Below the pieces are notes generated by a model that had not been told where the DNA came from, made no database searches, and was given only the letters and a program-made list of their open reading frames with translations. Source: Felis catus (Eukaryota). From it: DNA of 64,000 bases. Shown piece after piece: positions 49,082-61,904 of the stretch; within the stretch, counting starts at the first letter, position 1; each line of letters opens with the position of its first letter. Position numbers and translations under genes: made by a program. The DNA lies in contig NC_058372.1 in the NCBI RefSeq assembly GCF_018350175.1, positions 18,290,001 through 18,354,000 on the forward strand, in the 5' to 3' direction.

Positions 49082-50790
49082 ATTTTTCTATTTGTATGTG
49101 TGTGTGTGTGTGTGTGTATTTTTCTATTTGTATGTGTGTGTGTATTTTTCTATTTGTGTGTGTGTGTGTGTGTATTTTTCTATTTGTATNNNNNNNNNNN
49201 NNNNNNNNNNNNNNNNNNNNNNNNNNNNNNNNNNNNNNNNNNNNNNNNNNNNNNNNNNNNNNNNNNNNNNNNNNNNNNNNNNNNNNNNNNNNNNNNNNNN
49301 NNNNNNNNNNNNNNNNNNNNNNNNNNNNNNNNNNNNNNNNNNNNNNNNNNNNNNNNNNNNNNNNNNNNNNNNNNNNNNNNNNNNNNNNNNNNNNNNNNNN
49401 NNNNNNNNNNNNNNNNNNNNNNNNNNNNNNNNNNNNNNNNNNNNNNNNNNNNNNNNNNNNTTCTCCGAGCTCCCTGTATCTGTGGTTTGGTGTCTGACTT
49501 TAATCTGGGACAGTTCTCAGTTGTTATCACTTCAAATATTGCTGCTGTTCCTTTCTGTCTCTCTTCTCCTTCTGATATTCCCATTATACATATATTGCGT
49601 CTTTTATCCCATTTTGCTTTGATAGTTTGTTCTATTTTTTTCTAGTCTTTTTACTCTTTGATTTTCAGTTTCTAAGTTTCTTCTGTCATACTCATGAGCT
49701 CAGAGATCCTTTCTTTCCCAGCGAGCCCTTCAAAGATGTTCTTCATTTCTGTTATGGTGTTTTTGATTTCTAGCATTTCTTTTGGGTTCTTTCTTAGAAT
49801 TTCCATCTCTTTGCTTGCATTTGTTCTTATATGCTGCCTACCTTTCCCATTAAAGCTCTTAGCATGTTAATCACAGGTTTTAAAAATTCCTGGTCTGATA
49901 ATTCCAATATTCTTGCCATATCTGACTCGGGTTCTGATATTTGTTTAGTCTCCCCAAGGGGCATTTTTTGCCTTTTAGTATGCTTTGTAAGTTTTTGTTG
50001 AATGGCATATATGATGTACTGTGTAAATGGAACTGTGGTAAATAGGATTTTAGTGATATGGAGTTAAGATGCAGAGCGAGAAGAAGCACTTTATAGTCCT
50101 ATGATTAGGTCTTAGTCTTTTGGTGACCCTGTGTCCCTGGACTATGAATGTCACTGGTGCTTCTGTCTTTTAGGTGGGACAGGATGGTCAGAAGGGGCTG
50201 GACTTGTGTATTTCGCTTCCCCAACAAAAAAAGCTAGAACTGGTTGGAGTTGAGTGTTTCCCTTCCTCTAGGTAAGTTAGGCTCTGATAAAACCCAGCAC
50301 GTTAGACTCTGATAAAGTAGCCTCTTTCCAGGGCAGGTCTTGTTAAGAAGAACAGAACTCTATGACATATCTCAAAATGATTCCTTTTCTTCTTCCCTTG
50401 CAAGAGAACATTTTTCTCTAATATTACTGTGAGGACTTGGTAGAGCTCCTGGAGGAAGCTCACGAAAGTGTGGGACCCCAAAGACTGAGTCCTTGTGGGA
50501 TTTTCTCTCTCAGGATTGCCCACAGTGAACCTCCAGAAAGTCCTCAGTTACGGTTCTGATTTTCCCACTCTAGCGCTGATGCCCATGGCAGTTTCTGCTT
50601 TGGCAAGTTTTCTGTACTTGCCTGTCTGTCTCTCCAGTTTGGAGCCTAGCAGCTTGCCCTGTGCCCTCACTCCACCGGCAGATCAAAGCACAGTTGTTGA
50701 TTTTTCTGTGTGTGTAGCTTTTTATCCATGGTTAGGACAGCGTGAAGGACTTCCACGTTTCTTACACGCTGGACCAGAAACCACAGGTTC
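48350..50790 (-). mobile_element. Old L1 (L1MC/MD-like ORF1 and 5' region) with Can-SINE at 48683-48859
   Basis: ORF 49180-49584 remnant GISEGEERQKGTAAIFEVITTENCPRLKSDTKPQIQGARR resembles L1 ORF1 (GIPEGEE...IFEEI-AENFP-L--D---QIQEAQR). Confidence 0.85.
49055..49460. repeat. Compound (TG)n / tatttttctatttg minisatellite running into a 271-nt N-run (49190-49460)
   Basis: Four copies of tatttttctatttg separated by variable (TG)n. Confidence 0.9.
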
Positions 50791-51134
50791 ATGTCTCTGT
50801 AAAAATCTTTTTCCAACTCTATTTGTTATAAAACCAAACATAGATACTAAAGAGTCCGCCATAGGGTACCTACACCCTCCGTTATGGGTTAAAATTGAAG
50901 GAAGACTTTCTGGTGGAATTGCTGGAATCTTTTGCATCGGATTCTCTGGAGGAGAGCTTGGGGCAGAAGCAGAGGTGATTCTGGTTCTAACTGAAAAAAT
51001 GTTCCTTCCAAAGTCATTAATCTAACGATCATGAACGAGTTACACTTTCAGCGGATTTTTTGTGTCCATAAACAAAGAAGGACTTGCTGCTCGAGGGCCC
51101 CTGATGAATCAGCAGAACTTAAAGTGCAAGAATA

Positions 51135-51265
51135 GGGGGCACCTGGCTGGTTCAGTAGGGAGAGCATGTGACTCTTGATCTCCAAGTCGTGAGTTCGAGC
51201 CCCACGTTGGGTGTAGAGATTACTTAAATAAAAATTAAGGCAAGCAAACAAACAACAACAAATGG
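51135..51265 (+). mobile_element. Short older Can-SINE
   Basis: Perfect TSD aaagtgcaagaat (51121-51133 / 51266-51278). Confidence 0.9.
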
Positions 51266-51769
51266 AAAGTGCAAGAATGGAAAGTGTGATGCTGAGATGC
51301 CATGCTTGTGAGCTCTCAAGTTTCTGCAAGTATCTTAACTACAATTAAGTAAAAGCTGGGAAAGAAATTATGGTCGCATTGCTTTCTTTCACTGTCTGTA
51401 TTGCAGATATAATGAAAAAAATCATTAGTTTATGAGAGTCTTACATGCATTGAGTTTGGTAGGAATGACTCCAAAATGCTTCCCAGTCCAGGAAAGGAGT
51501 CAAAGTCCAATAAAGGCCCCAGAGTGAATTAAAATGACTCAAAGTTATGCTTTTTAAAAAGTCTCATAGAAGATATTTATTTGAAAAGGCATAGATTGAT
51601 GCAGATAAAAAATATTAACATTGTCGTTAATATTATGAACATTTTATAGATGCTTAAACGTTGAATGTCAGATGAAAATTTATTGTTTGCTTAGGTTTTT
51701 AATTAAGTTCATTTCCACATGTTCTCGAGGTAGAACATGGCGGTCAAGGGTGCAGCTCGGAAGTGGTCA

Positions 51770-51930
51770 GCAGTTCTGACCTTGGGCAAATTGCTCAGTT
51801 TGCTCATCTGTGAACTGGTGATGCTAGGAGACCTTAGAGCCTGCATTAGGGCCCAATGGGGTAGTTCACGTAAAGCTGTGAGAGTGGCTACGGGCATCCA
51901 GTAAGAGCTCAATAGATGCTCATTATTTTT
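51770..51930 (+). mobile_element. MIR
   Basis: tgaccttgggcaaatt...ctcagtttgctcatctgtgaa...agtaagagctcaatagatg. Confidence 0.7.
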
Positions 51931-52062
51931 GTTCAATATACAAAACCTATCATTTAGAGACACACAAGGTATGATTACTGGATAAAGAGAGAAACTCTCA
52001 GTATTCATAGAAGAGCATAGGGGGCTGCTTTTCTTAAAATAAGTTTGTATTGTGTTTCATTT

Positions 52063-52278
52063 CTTTTTTTTTATTTGTTTTTTATATTTATTTTTGAGAG
52101 AGAGACAGGGTGTGAGCAAGGGAGGGGCAGAGAGAGAGGGAGACACGGAATCGGAAGCAGGCTCCAGGCTCCGAGCTGTCAGCACAGAGCCCAATGCAGG
52201 GCTTGAACCCACGGACCACGAGCCCATGACCTGAGCTGAAGTCCAACTCTCAACTAACTGAGCCACCCAGGTGACCCC
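52063..52278 (-). mobile_element. SINEC_Fc
   Basis: TSD gtgtttcattt. Confidence 0.9.
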
Positions 52279-52464
52279 GTGTTTCATTTATAAAGAAAGT
52301 GTTGAAACTCTCCTTCATGTCACCCACAGTCGGCCCATTCCTCAGCCTGATGGAAACGAGGAGAGAAGCCGGGGAAACACGAGCAATTTCAAAAAGGGGA
52401 AAAAAGCAGTAAGGAAAAAGCTGGAGTAATCTTACCTTTTTGAGCAAAGGTACAAAGGTACAAA

Positions 52465-52703
52465 ATGGGTTGGCAGAGTTTTCTTTCGTGATTGACACTA
52501 GAAGTCAACACACGGTCTCTGTTAAGGACAAGTTAGTAAATATATTTGGCTGTGTGGGCCATATGGTCTCTATCACAACCACTCAACTCTATTCCTGTAG
52601 CACAAAAGTGGCCATAAATAATACATGAAAACTGACGATGGCTGTGTTCTAATAAAACTTTATTTACAAAAGCTGGTTGGGAGCCATAGTTTGCTAACCC
52701 CTG
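52465..52703 (+). mobile_element. MER58A-like hAT-Charlie MITE
   Basis: tagtaaatatatttggc...tggctgtgttctaataaaactttatttacaaaa...gccatagtttgctaacccctg; termini gggttggcag / ttgctaacccc. Confidence 0.85.
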
Positions 52704-53307
52704 GTCTAGAGCACACCTGAAAGTGACATAAAGCATTTGTCGTTTTGCCTCTGATGACCTCTTTTTCCCCTTTGATATCCCTTTCTCCTTTCACTCCACG
52801 CATTTTCTACCCAAGTTCTAGGTGCATCCCAGTAGTGACCCAAGAGGTCAGCCACGGCTCGTTCAGCAGCACGAGGCAGTATTTGTGCACAGGCCCAGTC
52901 CTCCCACATTTTCGGAGGGGAGCTCATACAAGACAAAGCTTCTTGATTACATGGATGACTTTGCATAACTTAAATATCTTATTCCATTAAAAGACACTCT
53001 CCCCGTCAGGGTTAGAGAATGGAAAATGAAGAGGGTGAGAGGTTCAGAAAGTTCCAGAAGATGAAGCTTAATTCAGAAGACATTACCTGACATCCCACTC
53101 AAAATATTCTCAACGGAACACACGCTGTGCCCTCACACAGGGAGAGGCCAATGTCTCCAGGCTTTCGTCGACTTGAGGGTGAGTCCCCAGCTTCCTTCAC
53201 ATAATCCAGCCTCTTCTTGTCTCCACGTTCCCTGGGGCTGGGTTCATCTCTCAGTCTTTGGTTATAAAGTTTTATTCTGATTTCTTAGGATTTATCTGCC
53301 TGTCAGT

Positions 53308-53508
53308 GTTAATTTTTTTTTAATGTTTATTTATTTTTGTGTGTGAGAGAAAGAGAGAGAGAAAGAGAGAGCGGGGGAGAGGCAGAGAAGGAGGGGGACA
53401 GAAGACCTGAAGTGGGCTCTGTGTTGACAGCAGAGAGCCAGCTCTGGGGCTCGAACTGACGAACCATGCCCTTAGCCGAAGTCGGACGCTTAACGTCACC
53501 CAGGTGCC
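53308..53508 (-). mobile_element. Can-SINE
   Basis: Perfect TSD tctgcctgtcagt (53295-53307 / 53509-53521). Confidence 0.9.
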
Positions 53509-53654
53509 TCTGCCTGTCAGTTTTAAAGTCTTATTTCCATTTCAGCCAAGAACACCCAAGTCCCGTCACAAACTTGTCTTGGGCTTCAAAATTTATCGGG
53601 TGGGCACAACGAACGGGCTAGATGAGGCTTTGCTACAGGTAACAAGTCTATGTC

Positions 53655-53903
53655 TTTTATTTATTTTTAATTTTTATTTGTATTTTTAAAGCATATTATG
53701 TATTTTAATGATTAATTATTTTTGAGAGAGAGAGAGAGAGAGAGAGTACAAATGGGGCAGAGGCAGAGAGAGGGGGGCAGAGGATCCAAAGTGGGCTCTG
53801 TGCTGACAGCAGCAGGTGCGATGTGGGGCTCGAACTCACGAACTGTGAGATCATGACCTGAGTCAAAGTCTGACGCTCAGCTGACTGAGCCACCCAGGTG
53901 CCG
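53655..53903 (-). mobile_element. Can-SINE
   Basis: TSD caagtctat. Confidence 0.9.
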
Positions 53904-54839
53904 CAAGTCTATAACTTTTAAGATCTATAGAAGAAGTGCTCCTATTCCAGCCTTCTTCCTTCATGGCAGCTAGCCCAGTGTCTTATACTCAGTCAATATT
54001 TGTCGATGTTATGTCAAGGAAGAAGCCACTGTGACTCTATCCCTTTGTATATTAGTTCCACAAAAGACTGATTTTCTAGTTCCAGAAGCAGAACTGAAGC
54101 AAGTCCTTTTCCTCTGGGGAGAACAGGCCTTTGCATCGAGACACAGACTCCCAGAATAAAACGCATCTGTTTTCTTGAGACTCATAGGGGAAATGGTCAG
54201 GAGGTGTTGCGGATTCCTATGGGAGTTAAGGGTCACAGTTTCTTTCCATTCTAGATAAGAGTTGGGTGCTGGCTGGAGAGCACATGAACAGCTCATCGGC
54301 CCTGGAGAAAGCAAAGTCCTTTATTGCCCAATGGAAGGAGAGACAGCACTTCTAGAAGCCAGTCCTCACAGGTGCAACTATGGCGACCTGTACTGTTGCC
54401 TTAGGCTCTGGTAAGAAGACACCCAGAGGGCTCCCTAATGGAACTAGCTGCATATAATCCTCATTCTTATCAAGAAGGCTAGATCACAGGGGCTGGTGGC
54501 CTTATCACATCTGGGCAGCCAGTGATTTCACCTATCATCAACGAATCCTTTACAAACCCAACCACGTAGATACATTTCAAGCATATCACGGGTGCCTGAA
54601 TCAAACTGCCATATTATAATCAAGTTGCATCATCAGGCTTTATCGCTAAAGGCCTAGGGTTTTAAATACCTTATGGGAAAGCCTGATGACCTACGAAAGA
54701 AAGTCTCCTTTCACAATGGCGTTTACTTGGCCGTGTGTGCAGACACATCGCAGGTCCCAGGAAGAAAAGAATTTCTCCAGGAAACTCTAACCAAGGCACA
54801 TTAGTAATTTCTTGCTTATTTCACCCTAACACTGAATTT

Positions 54840-55340
54840 TCTTTTCGTTCATTCATTCATTCATTCACTCCATTTTTGTTGAGCGTTCCCTATGTATCGA
54901 GCATTATCTTAGGGACTATGGGTACCCTAGTCAATAAAACATGTATAATGTTTGCCCTCACGGAGCTTATACGAAAAAAATCTGACAATTCAGCAAATAA
55001 ATGAGTGAGCTAGGTAATCAGATGCTGACCAGTGCCACGGAGAAAAATAAAGCAGGCAAGGAAATTTGGGAGCTGCAGAGGAATGGACTGGTTTCGGGGA
55101 AGCTTTAATGAATTCAGTGGATGGAAAAGAGCTCTCTGTTAAACTGTGAGATGCCAAGAGCCCTGAGGGAGCTTAAGGAAGGAGCCATATGGATATTGTG
55201 GGGAAGGGCATTTGAGCCAAAGGGACTTCTGAGCCAGGAATGCGACTTGGTGTGTTCGAGAAGCAGGAGGCCAGTGTGTGGGGAAGGGAGTGAGTCAGAG
55301 GAAGAAAGGAGGAAAGAAGAGAAAAGAGAGGTGGAGGGGT
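54840..55340 (-). mobile_element. L2 3' end
   Basis: (TTCA)n terminus then ttgttgagcgttccctatgt...tttgccctcacggagcttat. Confidence 0.75.
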
Positions 55341-55642
55341 TCCAGGTATTCCTCCCTCACCAGCTACTCAGGGATCATTTATGGGGCCTCAAGTACTTGC
55401 AAGGCCCTGTGTGCGAGAGGGTTTGTTCTTGTTTGAAGGTGTTTGAAAGTGTGAACCAGTTAAGGGAGAAGGGCAATGTTGGGTCCTGCTGGGTAGACAT
55501 GATGGAAATCTAAGAAAAGATGTTGGAAATGCAGGAGAATTTCTGGTAGGCTCTAAAGCAAACACACTGGTGCGACAAAATCATCCGAAAAGTAGTCATG
55601 AAGCAATGGTTTCGATTTGGATTTGGAAGATAGCATCTAATT

Positions 55643-56118
55643 ATTTTTTAGTGTTTATTTTTGAGAGGGATAAAGGGAGAGAGAGAGAGAGAGAGAGAAA
55701 AAGAGCGAGCATGAGTGGGGGAAGAACAGAGAGAGCAGGAAACAGCATCTGAAGCCAGCACAGGGTCCTAGCGGTCAGCACAGAACCTGACTCGGGGTTC
55801 AAACCCACGAACCGTGAGATGATGACCTGAGCTGAAGTTGGATACTCAACTGACTGAGTCCCAACCCAGGCGTCACAGATAGCACTTAATGTTATTTATT
55901 AAAATTTTTTTTTGATGTTTGTATTTATTTTTGAGACAGAGAGAGACAGAGCATGAGCAGGGGAGGGGAAGAGAGAGAGGGAGACACAGAATCTGAAGCA
56001 GGCTCCAGGCTCCGAGCTGTCAGCACAGAGCCCGACGCGGGGCTCAAACTCACGGACTGTGAGATCGTGACCTGAGCTGAAGTTGGACACTTCACCTACT
56101 GAGCCACCCAGGTGCCCC
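55643..56118 (-). mobile_element. Two tandem Can-SINEs (55643-55876, 55891-56118)
   Basis: Target gatagca(tc/ct)taat occurs three times (55629, 55878, 56119). Confidence 0.9.
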
Positions 56119-56353
56119 GATAGCACTTAATTTTAAAGGAAAAACTTCTTAATTACGTTTTGTTAAGTGTGTTAAATTTGTTAATATTTCTCAATGGTGG
56201 TAGGACATAACCCAGATGTTTGGGACAGGACTTGGAAGGAATCTTACAGTAGATAATCTGTAAGTGGAGAAATGAAAGATGTCTGTAGCAGCAGTGGGGA
56301 TTTGCTTAGGCTTTTTTTCCAGAATTTTCATGTCATTCATAGGAGATATACTC

Positions 56354-56903
56354 TTTTTTTTTTAATGAAATTTATTGTCAAATTGGTTTCCACACAACAC
56401 CCAGTGCTCATCCCAACGGGTGCCCTCCTCAATGCCCATCACCCACTTTCCCCTCCTCCCACCCCTTCACCAACCCTAAGTTTATTCTCAGTCTTTAAGA
56501 GTCAATTATGGTTTGCCTCCCTCCCTCTCTAACTTTTTTTTCCCCTTCCCCTCCCCCATGGTCTTCTGTTAAGTTTCTCAGGATCCACGTAAGAGTGAAA
56601 ACATATTGTATCTGTCTTTCTCTATATGACTTATTTCACTTAGCATAACACTCTCCAGTTCCATCCACGTTGCTACAAAAGGCCATATTTCATTCTTTCT
56701 CATTGCCACGTAGTATTCCATTGTGTATATAAACCACAACTTCTGTATCCATTCATCAGTTGATGGGCATTTAGGCTCTTTCCATAATCTGGCTATTGTT
56801 GAAAGTGCTGCTATAAACATTGGGGTACAAGTGCCCTGATGCATCAGCACTCCTGTATCCCTTGGGTAAATTCCTAGCAGTGCTATTGCTGGGTCATAGG
56901 GTA
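56354..56903 (-). mobile_element. 5'-truncated young carnivore/felid L1 (ORF2 C-terminus, 3'UTR, polyA)
   Basis: Uninterrupted LPYDPAIALLGIYP...CTPMFIAALSTIARLWKEPKCPSTDEWI...; TSD taggaga(t/c)atactctt (56340-56355 / 56902-56917). Confidence 0.95.
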
Positions 56904-59079
56904 GGAGACATACTCTTAAATTCTTCTTCTTAGGCTCAGGAATGATTTCACAGCCCATCGATATTCGAAGGAATTCACTCAGCATAAGACAAATACTGTT
57001 TTCATGATTAGGACACAAAATAGACACGTTCTAAGTAAGGAATCTTAATCAGACTTTAAGTCATCTATAAAATAAGTCTTTCCATGTGTCTGTCACACTT
57101 GTTTGATTTTAAAGTATTTTCTGCCAGGAAAAGCAAACAAAATCCATCCAGCCTAATTGTGGCCTGTAAGATTTTTCTGAAGCACTCCCCATGTCCTTCA
57201 CGTTTTTTGTAGAACTTCCCTGCTGTTTGTAGATCACCTTTATCAAATATTATTCTTGCCCGAAACTTTACTTGTGCCCGAAACACTCATCACATGTGAG
57301 CTTCCCCTGATAGCCAAGGAGGACTCTGGCTACCTGCTTGGACTGCATTTCCTCGCTGGTCTCATGTTTCCGGTCTGGTTGCTTGGCCTTATTCCTGCCC
57401 AGAATTTCCATCCAGGTGCTCTCGAGGGTGGGGGCCAGCCACCACAACAACTTGACTTTAACATTGTTGCCTGAAACTCTTAATGTTGGTCCCTCTTCGC
57501 AGCAAGCCCATGTGGTGGTCTTATCTTTATTTGATCATGAAGAGACTGATACATGATCAAGTCACAGGGCTAGTACTTCCAAGGCTAAGACTTGGGCCTG
57601 GGTCTGTGGATTCAATAGGTGGGAGCTAGCACTAAACCCTTACTTCTCTTACTCTTTGCAAACTCTTTCCAGGTCCTGTAGTTGTTTTGACAAATCACCT
57701 GTGATGTTTTTTTTGTTTTTACAGTCCCCGTTCTGCCCAGTGACTGGATGACTGACTTCCTAGTTGGCCTCTTAGCTGACAACTTCTCTACAGTGTATAT
57801 GCTCACCTGATAGTGAGCATAGTTTTCCTGCCGCTGTGAAATTCCTCCATTCAGTGGCTCCTTCTTGATGATGGTCAGACTTCCCATATTACCATTCAAA
57901 ATCTTCCCCTGATGCCACGCTGACTTTGAGTATTGGTTAGTCAAGCTCAACTTACTCCTGCCTCTGTTTTTCTGCCTGGGCTCTTGGCCCAGATGTTCTA
58001 AATCTCAGTCATATCTCAAAGTTTACTTCCCCCCAAACTTCCATCATACTGACCTTTGGCTTCTTTGACTCCCACCAGGACCAATGGTAGTGGTCTTTGT
58101 GTATGCTGTTCCTCTTCCTAGAATACTTTTCCTTCTGTCTCTCACTTAGCTTTCCTTTAAAACCGAGTCTAAGCTTCATTGTTTCTCCCAATGAGCCCTC
58201 TGAAGGCTCTTTTTCTGTGACCCCATCACACACCGTGTTTACCACTGTAGTAGAAGACCATATTGCATTGAGATGGCCTATGTCATTGTCTTCCCTTCCA
58301 GACAAACAGAACATAGGAACATAAGTCTGGCCTAGTCTTGTATTTCCAGTTGGCAAAATTCCTCCATGCCATGTGTCCCAATATGAGTGAGTGAGCCTTG
58401 TTATCATTGGTTTGTTGAGGTCTATGCAGCAAATCCTATCACTCTTTTTTGCCAAACTTCCATTCTTTTTCTCCTTCTCTTCTGGCTTCTTCCCTCGTTT
58501 CCTGATGATGGCTTCTCACCAACTGAATCTGGATATTGAGCTTCTGGTCCTGGACTTGTCTTTCCCTCGGGTCTGATTTCTAATGTCCACTTCCAATGAA
58601 TTTACACCCAGTCCGCCTGGGTCACAGCTCAACCTAGTACAGAATTAATTCCCTTGGCTCTTAGTACAGCCCACAGACTAACAATCAGGTCTGGTTCATC
58701 TCAGACTCTGTGAAAAAGAACTGAAGGATTTACCCAGAAAGCACATGTGCTGTAATCAGATTATGGAAAAACAATGAGAATATGGGAAGGTGTGAAATAG
58801 ACAAAAAGCAGGATCGTGTGTGGTGTTGATGTAATTGTGTTGTGCAGACAGCAAGACAGGCTGCTGCTGCAAAAAAGGGAGAGAGCATCCTAGACAAGCA
58901 CTGGCAGGAAGATGATCAAAGTCCAACTTGATTGGTCTTGGAAGGCTGGATAAAGGCTGCAGATACAGGAAATCTATATCGGAAATAAAGGAAATAGGGA
59001 GTGGCACGTCCAAATCTCCGGCAGTCTCGTCTCCGTCACAAATATCAGCCAAATCCACAGTCAATGAAACTTTTGGTTT

Positions 59080-59394
59080 CTGGTTGTTTCTGAAGATTTT
59101 CTCTGACCCTTTCTTGTCTTTCTTTCATGTGTTGCTGATTTTCTTTAGTGATATGTTTAGATTTCTTTCTCTTTATTCTTTGCATATTTAGTGGTGGTTT
59201 TTGACATATGGTTATATTAGGTTTGTATATAACCTCTTCTGCATATGACAGTCTGTATTAGATGGACAGTTGCTTAAGTTTGAACCCATTCTGTAGTCCT
59301 CTCCTTCCCATATTTTAAGTCTATGTTATTCTGTTTCATATCCTTTTTTTGTGAGTTCCTTGGCTATTTTTTTTTTTTTTTGCAGAAATATTCG
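59080..59394 (-). mobile_element. Internal L1 fragment (carnivore L1 inter-ORF region)
   Basis: ttctctgaccctttcttgtcttt...ttctttagtgatatgtttagatttctttctc resembles sequence just upstream of ORF2; flanking near-repeat ga(a/c)actt(t/g)tggttt. Confidence 0.7.
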
Positions 59395-59994
59395 GACACT
59401 TGTGGTTTTTGTAAGAACCATCACTTTATTTGACTTCTTCTTGTTGCCTTTATTGCTCCCATCAGCACTGACTGGTGACTTTATTTTGGGATCCCTTTTC
59501 ACCAGTGAAATTTGCTACCTTGATAAAGAATTTGAGTTCTGGCTTGGACCTGGGTTAAAATCCTGACTCTAACTTAACTAACTGGGTGGCCTCGAGCAGA
59601 CTTCTTAACTTATCTGCCCATTAGATGGAAGGCTTCCCAGAAAACTCAGCGCAAATTGTTTGGTACACAGTAAGCACTCCCAGGTAGCTGTTGTTATTGC
59701 TAGTTCTGAGGGTTACCATGTGGGAGACAATTAGTGGAGAACAACACATTTCCATTGCAATTTCGATGTTGGGTGGCTGGATAGACTCAGTCACTGGTGA
59801 GCTAATGGGTTTCATTTACACACCCATGGTTAGAAAATTTATGGCTTAGAAAAATGATAAATTATTATATGTCAGGAACCATCAGAGTCATGCATAAGGA
59901 TTTGAAGCCTCACATGTCAAATCTGCCAGAGCTGAGGGTCTACGATACTTTCTTCTCTGCCCGTTGGAAGAACAGCTGGACACCAGGCTGCGTG

Positions 59995-60175
59995 TGCTTG
60001 TAAACAATTATTAAATTACCCTGTAGACTTGTCTTCTCTAAGCAGAATGAACTTGGTTCTTTTAACCTCTCCTGAGCATGGTTTTGATTTTCCATCTCTT
60101 TAATCATCTCTGTGGCTCTTTTCTGAACCTTCTCCAAGTTCACCATGTCCTTCAATTTACTCTGGAGTGCCTAAT
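59995..60175 (-). mobile_element. Ancient CR1/L3 LINE fragment, ORF2 C-terminal region
   Basis: KDMVNLEKVQKRATEMIKEMEN...ERLKEPSSFCLEKTSLQGNLIIVYK aligns by eye to CR1 [47 protein letters not shown]. Confidence 0.85.
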
Positions 60176-60309
60176 TGCTCAAAGTTCTCAGCTAAAAATT
60201 TTCACAACATGGAGTAGAGCTATACCATTTCTAGATGCCCTACCGTACCTGTGCACACAGGTCTGCCTTCTTTTAAAATTTGGTGCTGTGCCATGGGCTC
60301 ATAATAACA

Positions 60310-60540
60310 TCCTACATTTGTACAAGCAAGGTAGTTTTCAAAGGACTCTTACGTGTTATTTCCTGTGATCTCCATTACAATCCAGTGAGCTGGGTACAAC
60401 CGTCCTCCTTTCTCAGACGAGGAAACTGAGATTAGAAGGACTCAGAGACTTGCCTGACGTCACAGAGACAGGACATGTTATGGCTGGCACGGAGTCTAGG
60501 GAATCTGGTCTCTAAATGCCAGTGTTCTTTCCACCACATC
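60310..60540 (-). mobile_element. MIR
   Basis: ctttctcagacgaggaaactgag...gacttgcctgacgtcacag...gtgttctttccaccacatc. Confidence 0.75.
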
Positions 60541-61904
60541 CAGACTTACGCTTATAAACAATTTGTAAAGTACATGGTCATCTGAAGACTTTTCTGCTCT
60601 ACTTCCTGAGAGCTTGTTTTTTCCACTGTAGTTGGGTTGCTTTTATTAATTTCCTTCCACCAAACCCTTCCTCTTGACTCACTGATCCTTCAGGACTTTG
60701 ACCGCTGTGTGCTGAGGCTGAGTGGCCACTTGGTGAGGGAGTAGGCTTAGGTTGAGTGTGTCCCATAATTAAGGGCCTTAGAAAGATGCTTTTGGAAACA
60801 CTGAATTTCCCTTCGCAGTAATTTCAAAGTTACTGATCTAGAGTTTTTCTCCTAATGATGCACATTGCGATGTAAAGCTTTGGCCTTTAGGGTTCTTCGC
60901 AGTGTTTCCAGTTAAAAAGGATATTTCCTTGTGGGGAGGGAAAGGTGAGTCCAAACCCTCTCTTGTACAGTCCACGGTGCCTGGAGCACTTCCAGGACAA
61001 GCGTGGCTTGTCATGTACGTGACCAAAGTCTGCAGAGGGCGAAGACTTCTGTCAGGTGCAAGGCCAAGGTTTACACCGTTAGTGTTTGTGGAGATTTGTT
61101 TTCCCACCCTGTAGGAGTGATAAATACTGAATACTAACTACCGACTGCTAAAGAGGTAAGCACATAAATAATTCTGGAGCTAGAAATCCGTATGATTTAT
61201 ATTCCATCATTGAAGAAGGATTTAAAACAAGCCTACTCACCAATATGTTGGATATTTTAAAAATGAATTCACTGGTTGTTGGACTGAATTAACGAGTCAA
61301 TGAAGCCATTGTAATGTATTCCCACACCCATTTGTAACAACAGTTAAAGAGGTTTTTTATGTAAATAAAAATGCTGAGGCAGGGCAGTGGATAGTGAAGA
61401 TTACGGAGAGAGGGTGGTCGCAACTCTGCAGTATTTCCCAACTTGCACAGGAGAATCAGCTAGAAGGGGGAAGGAGGTGCAATAAACAATAGCAATCACC
61501 CCAGCTCCTGCCATTCTGACTTAATCAGTTTGAATTGGAGCCCTGCATTGACTTCATTTAAAGATCCTCAGGCGACTTAAAGCGGACAGGGTTGAGACCC
61601 AGTGAAAAGTGAGGGAGAGGAGATGGGGACCCAAGGGTCACTACAGACAAGTGCCTCATATCGCCTGGCTTGGGCTTGCGAGCTTTGGGCAGCTGGCCCT
61701 GATGTTGGGCACCATCACAGTCGCGGGGCTGACTGTAGCTGACAGGGGTGGGAAGTATACAGATATTCACCATTTTAAGGGATTTTAAGACCTGATGACT
61801 TAGCCACATCTTCCATGTCACGTGATTCCCCTGGACTTCTCTATTGCTCCGTAGACCTGCGATGGAAAAGCCCAGACGCCAGTGCCAATGGATTTCTAGT
61901 ATCC

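Noticed and set aside
6987-49645. Long ORFs of 130-276 aa containing X runs
   Set aside because: Artifacts of reading through N-runs.
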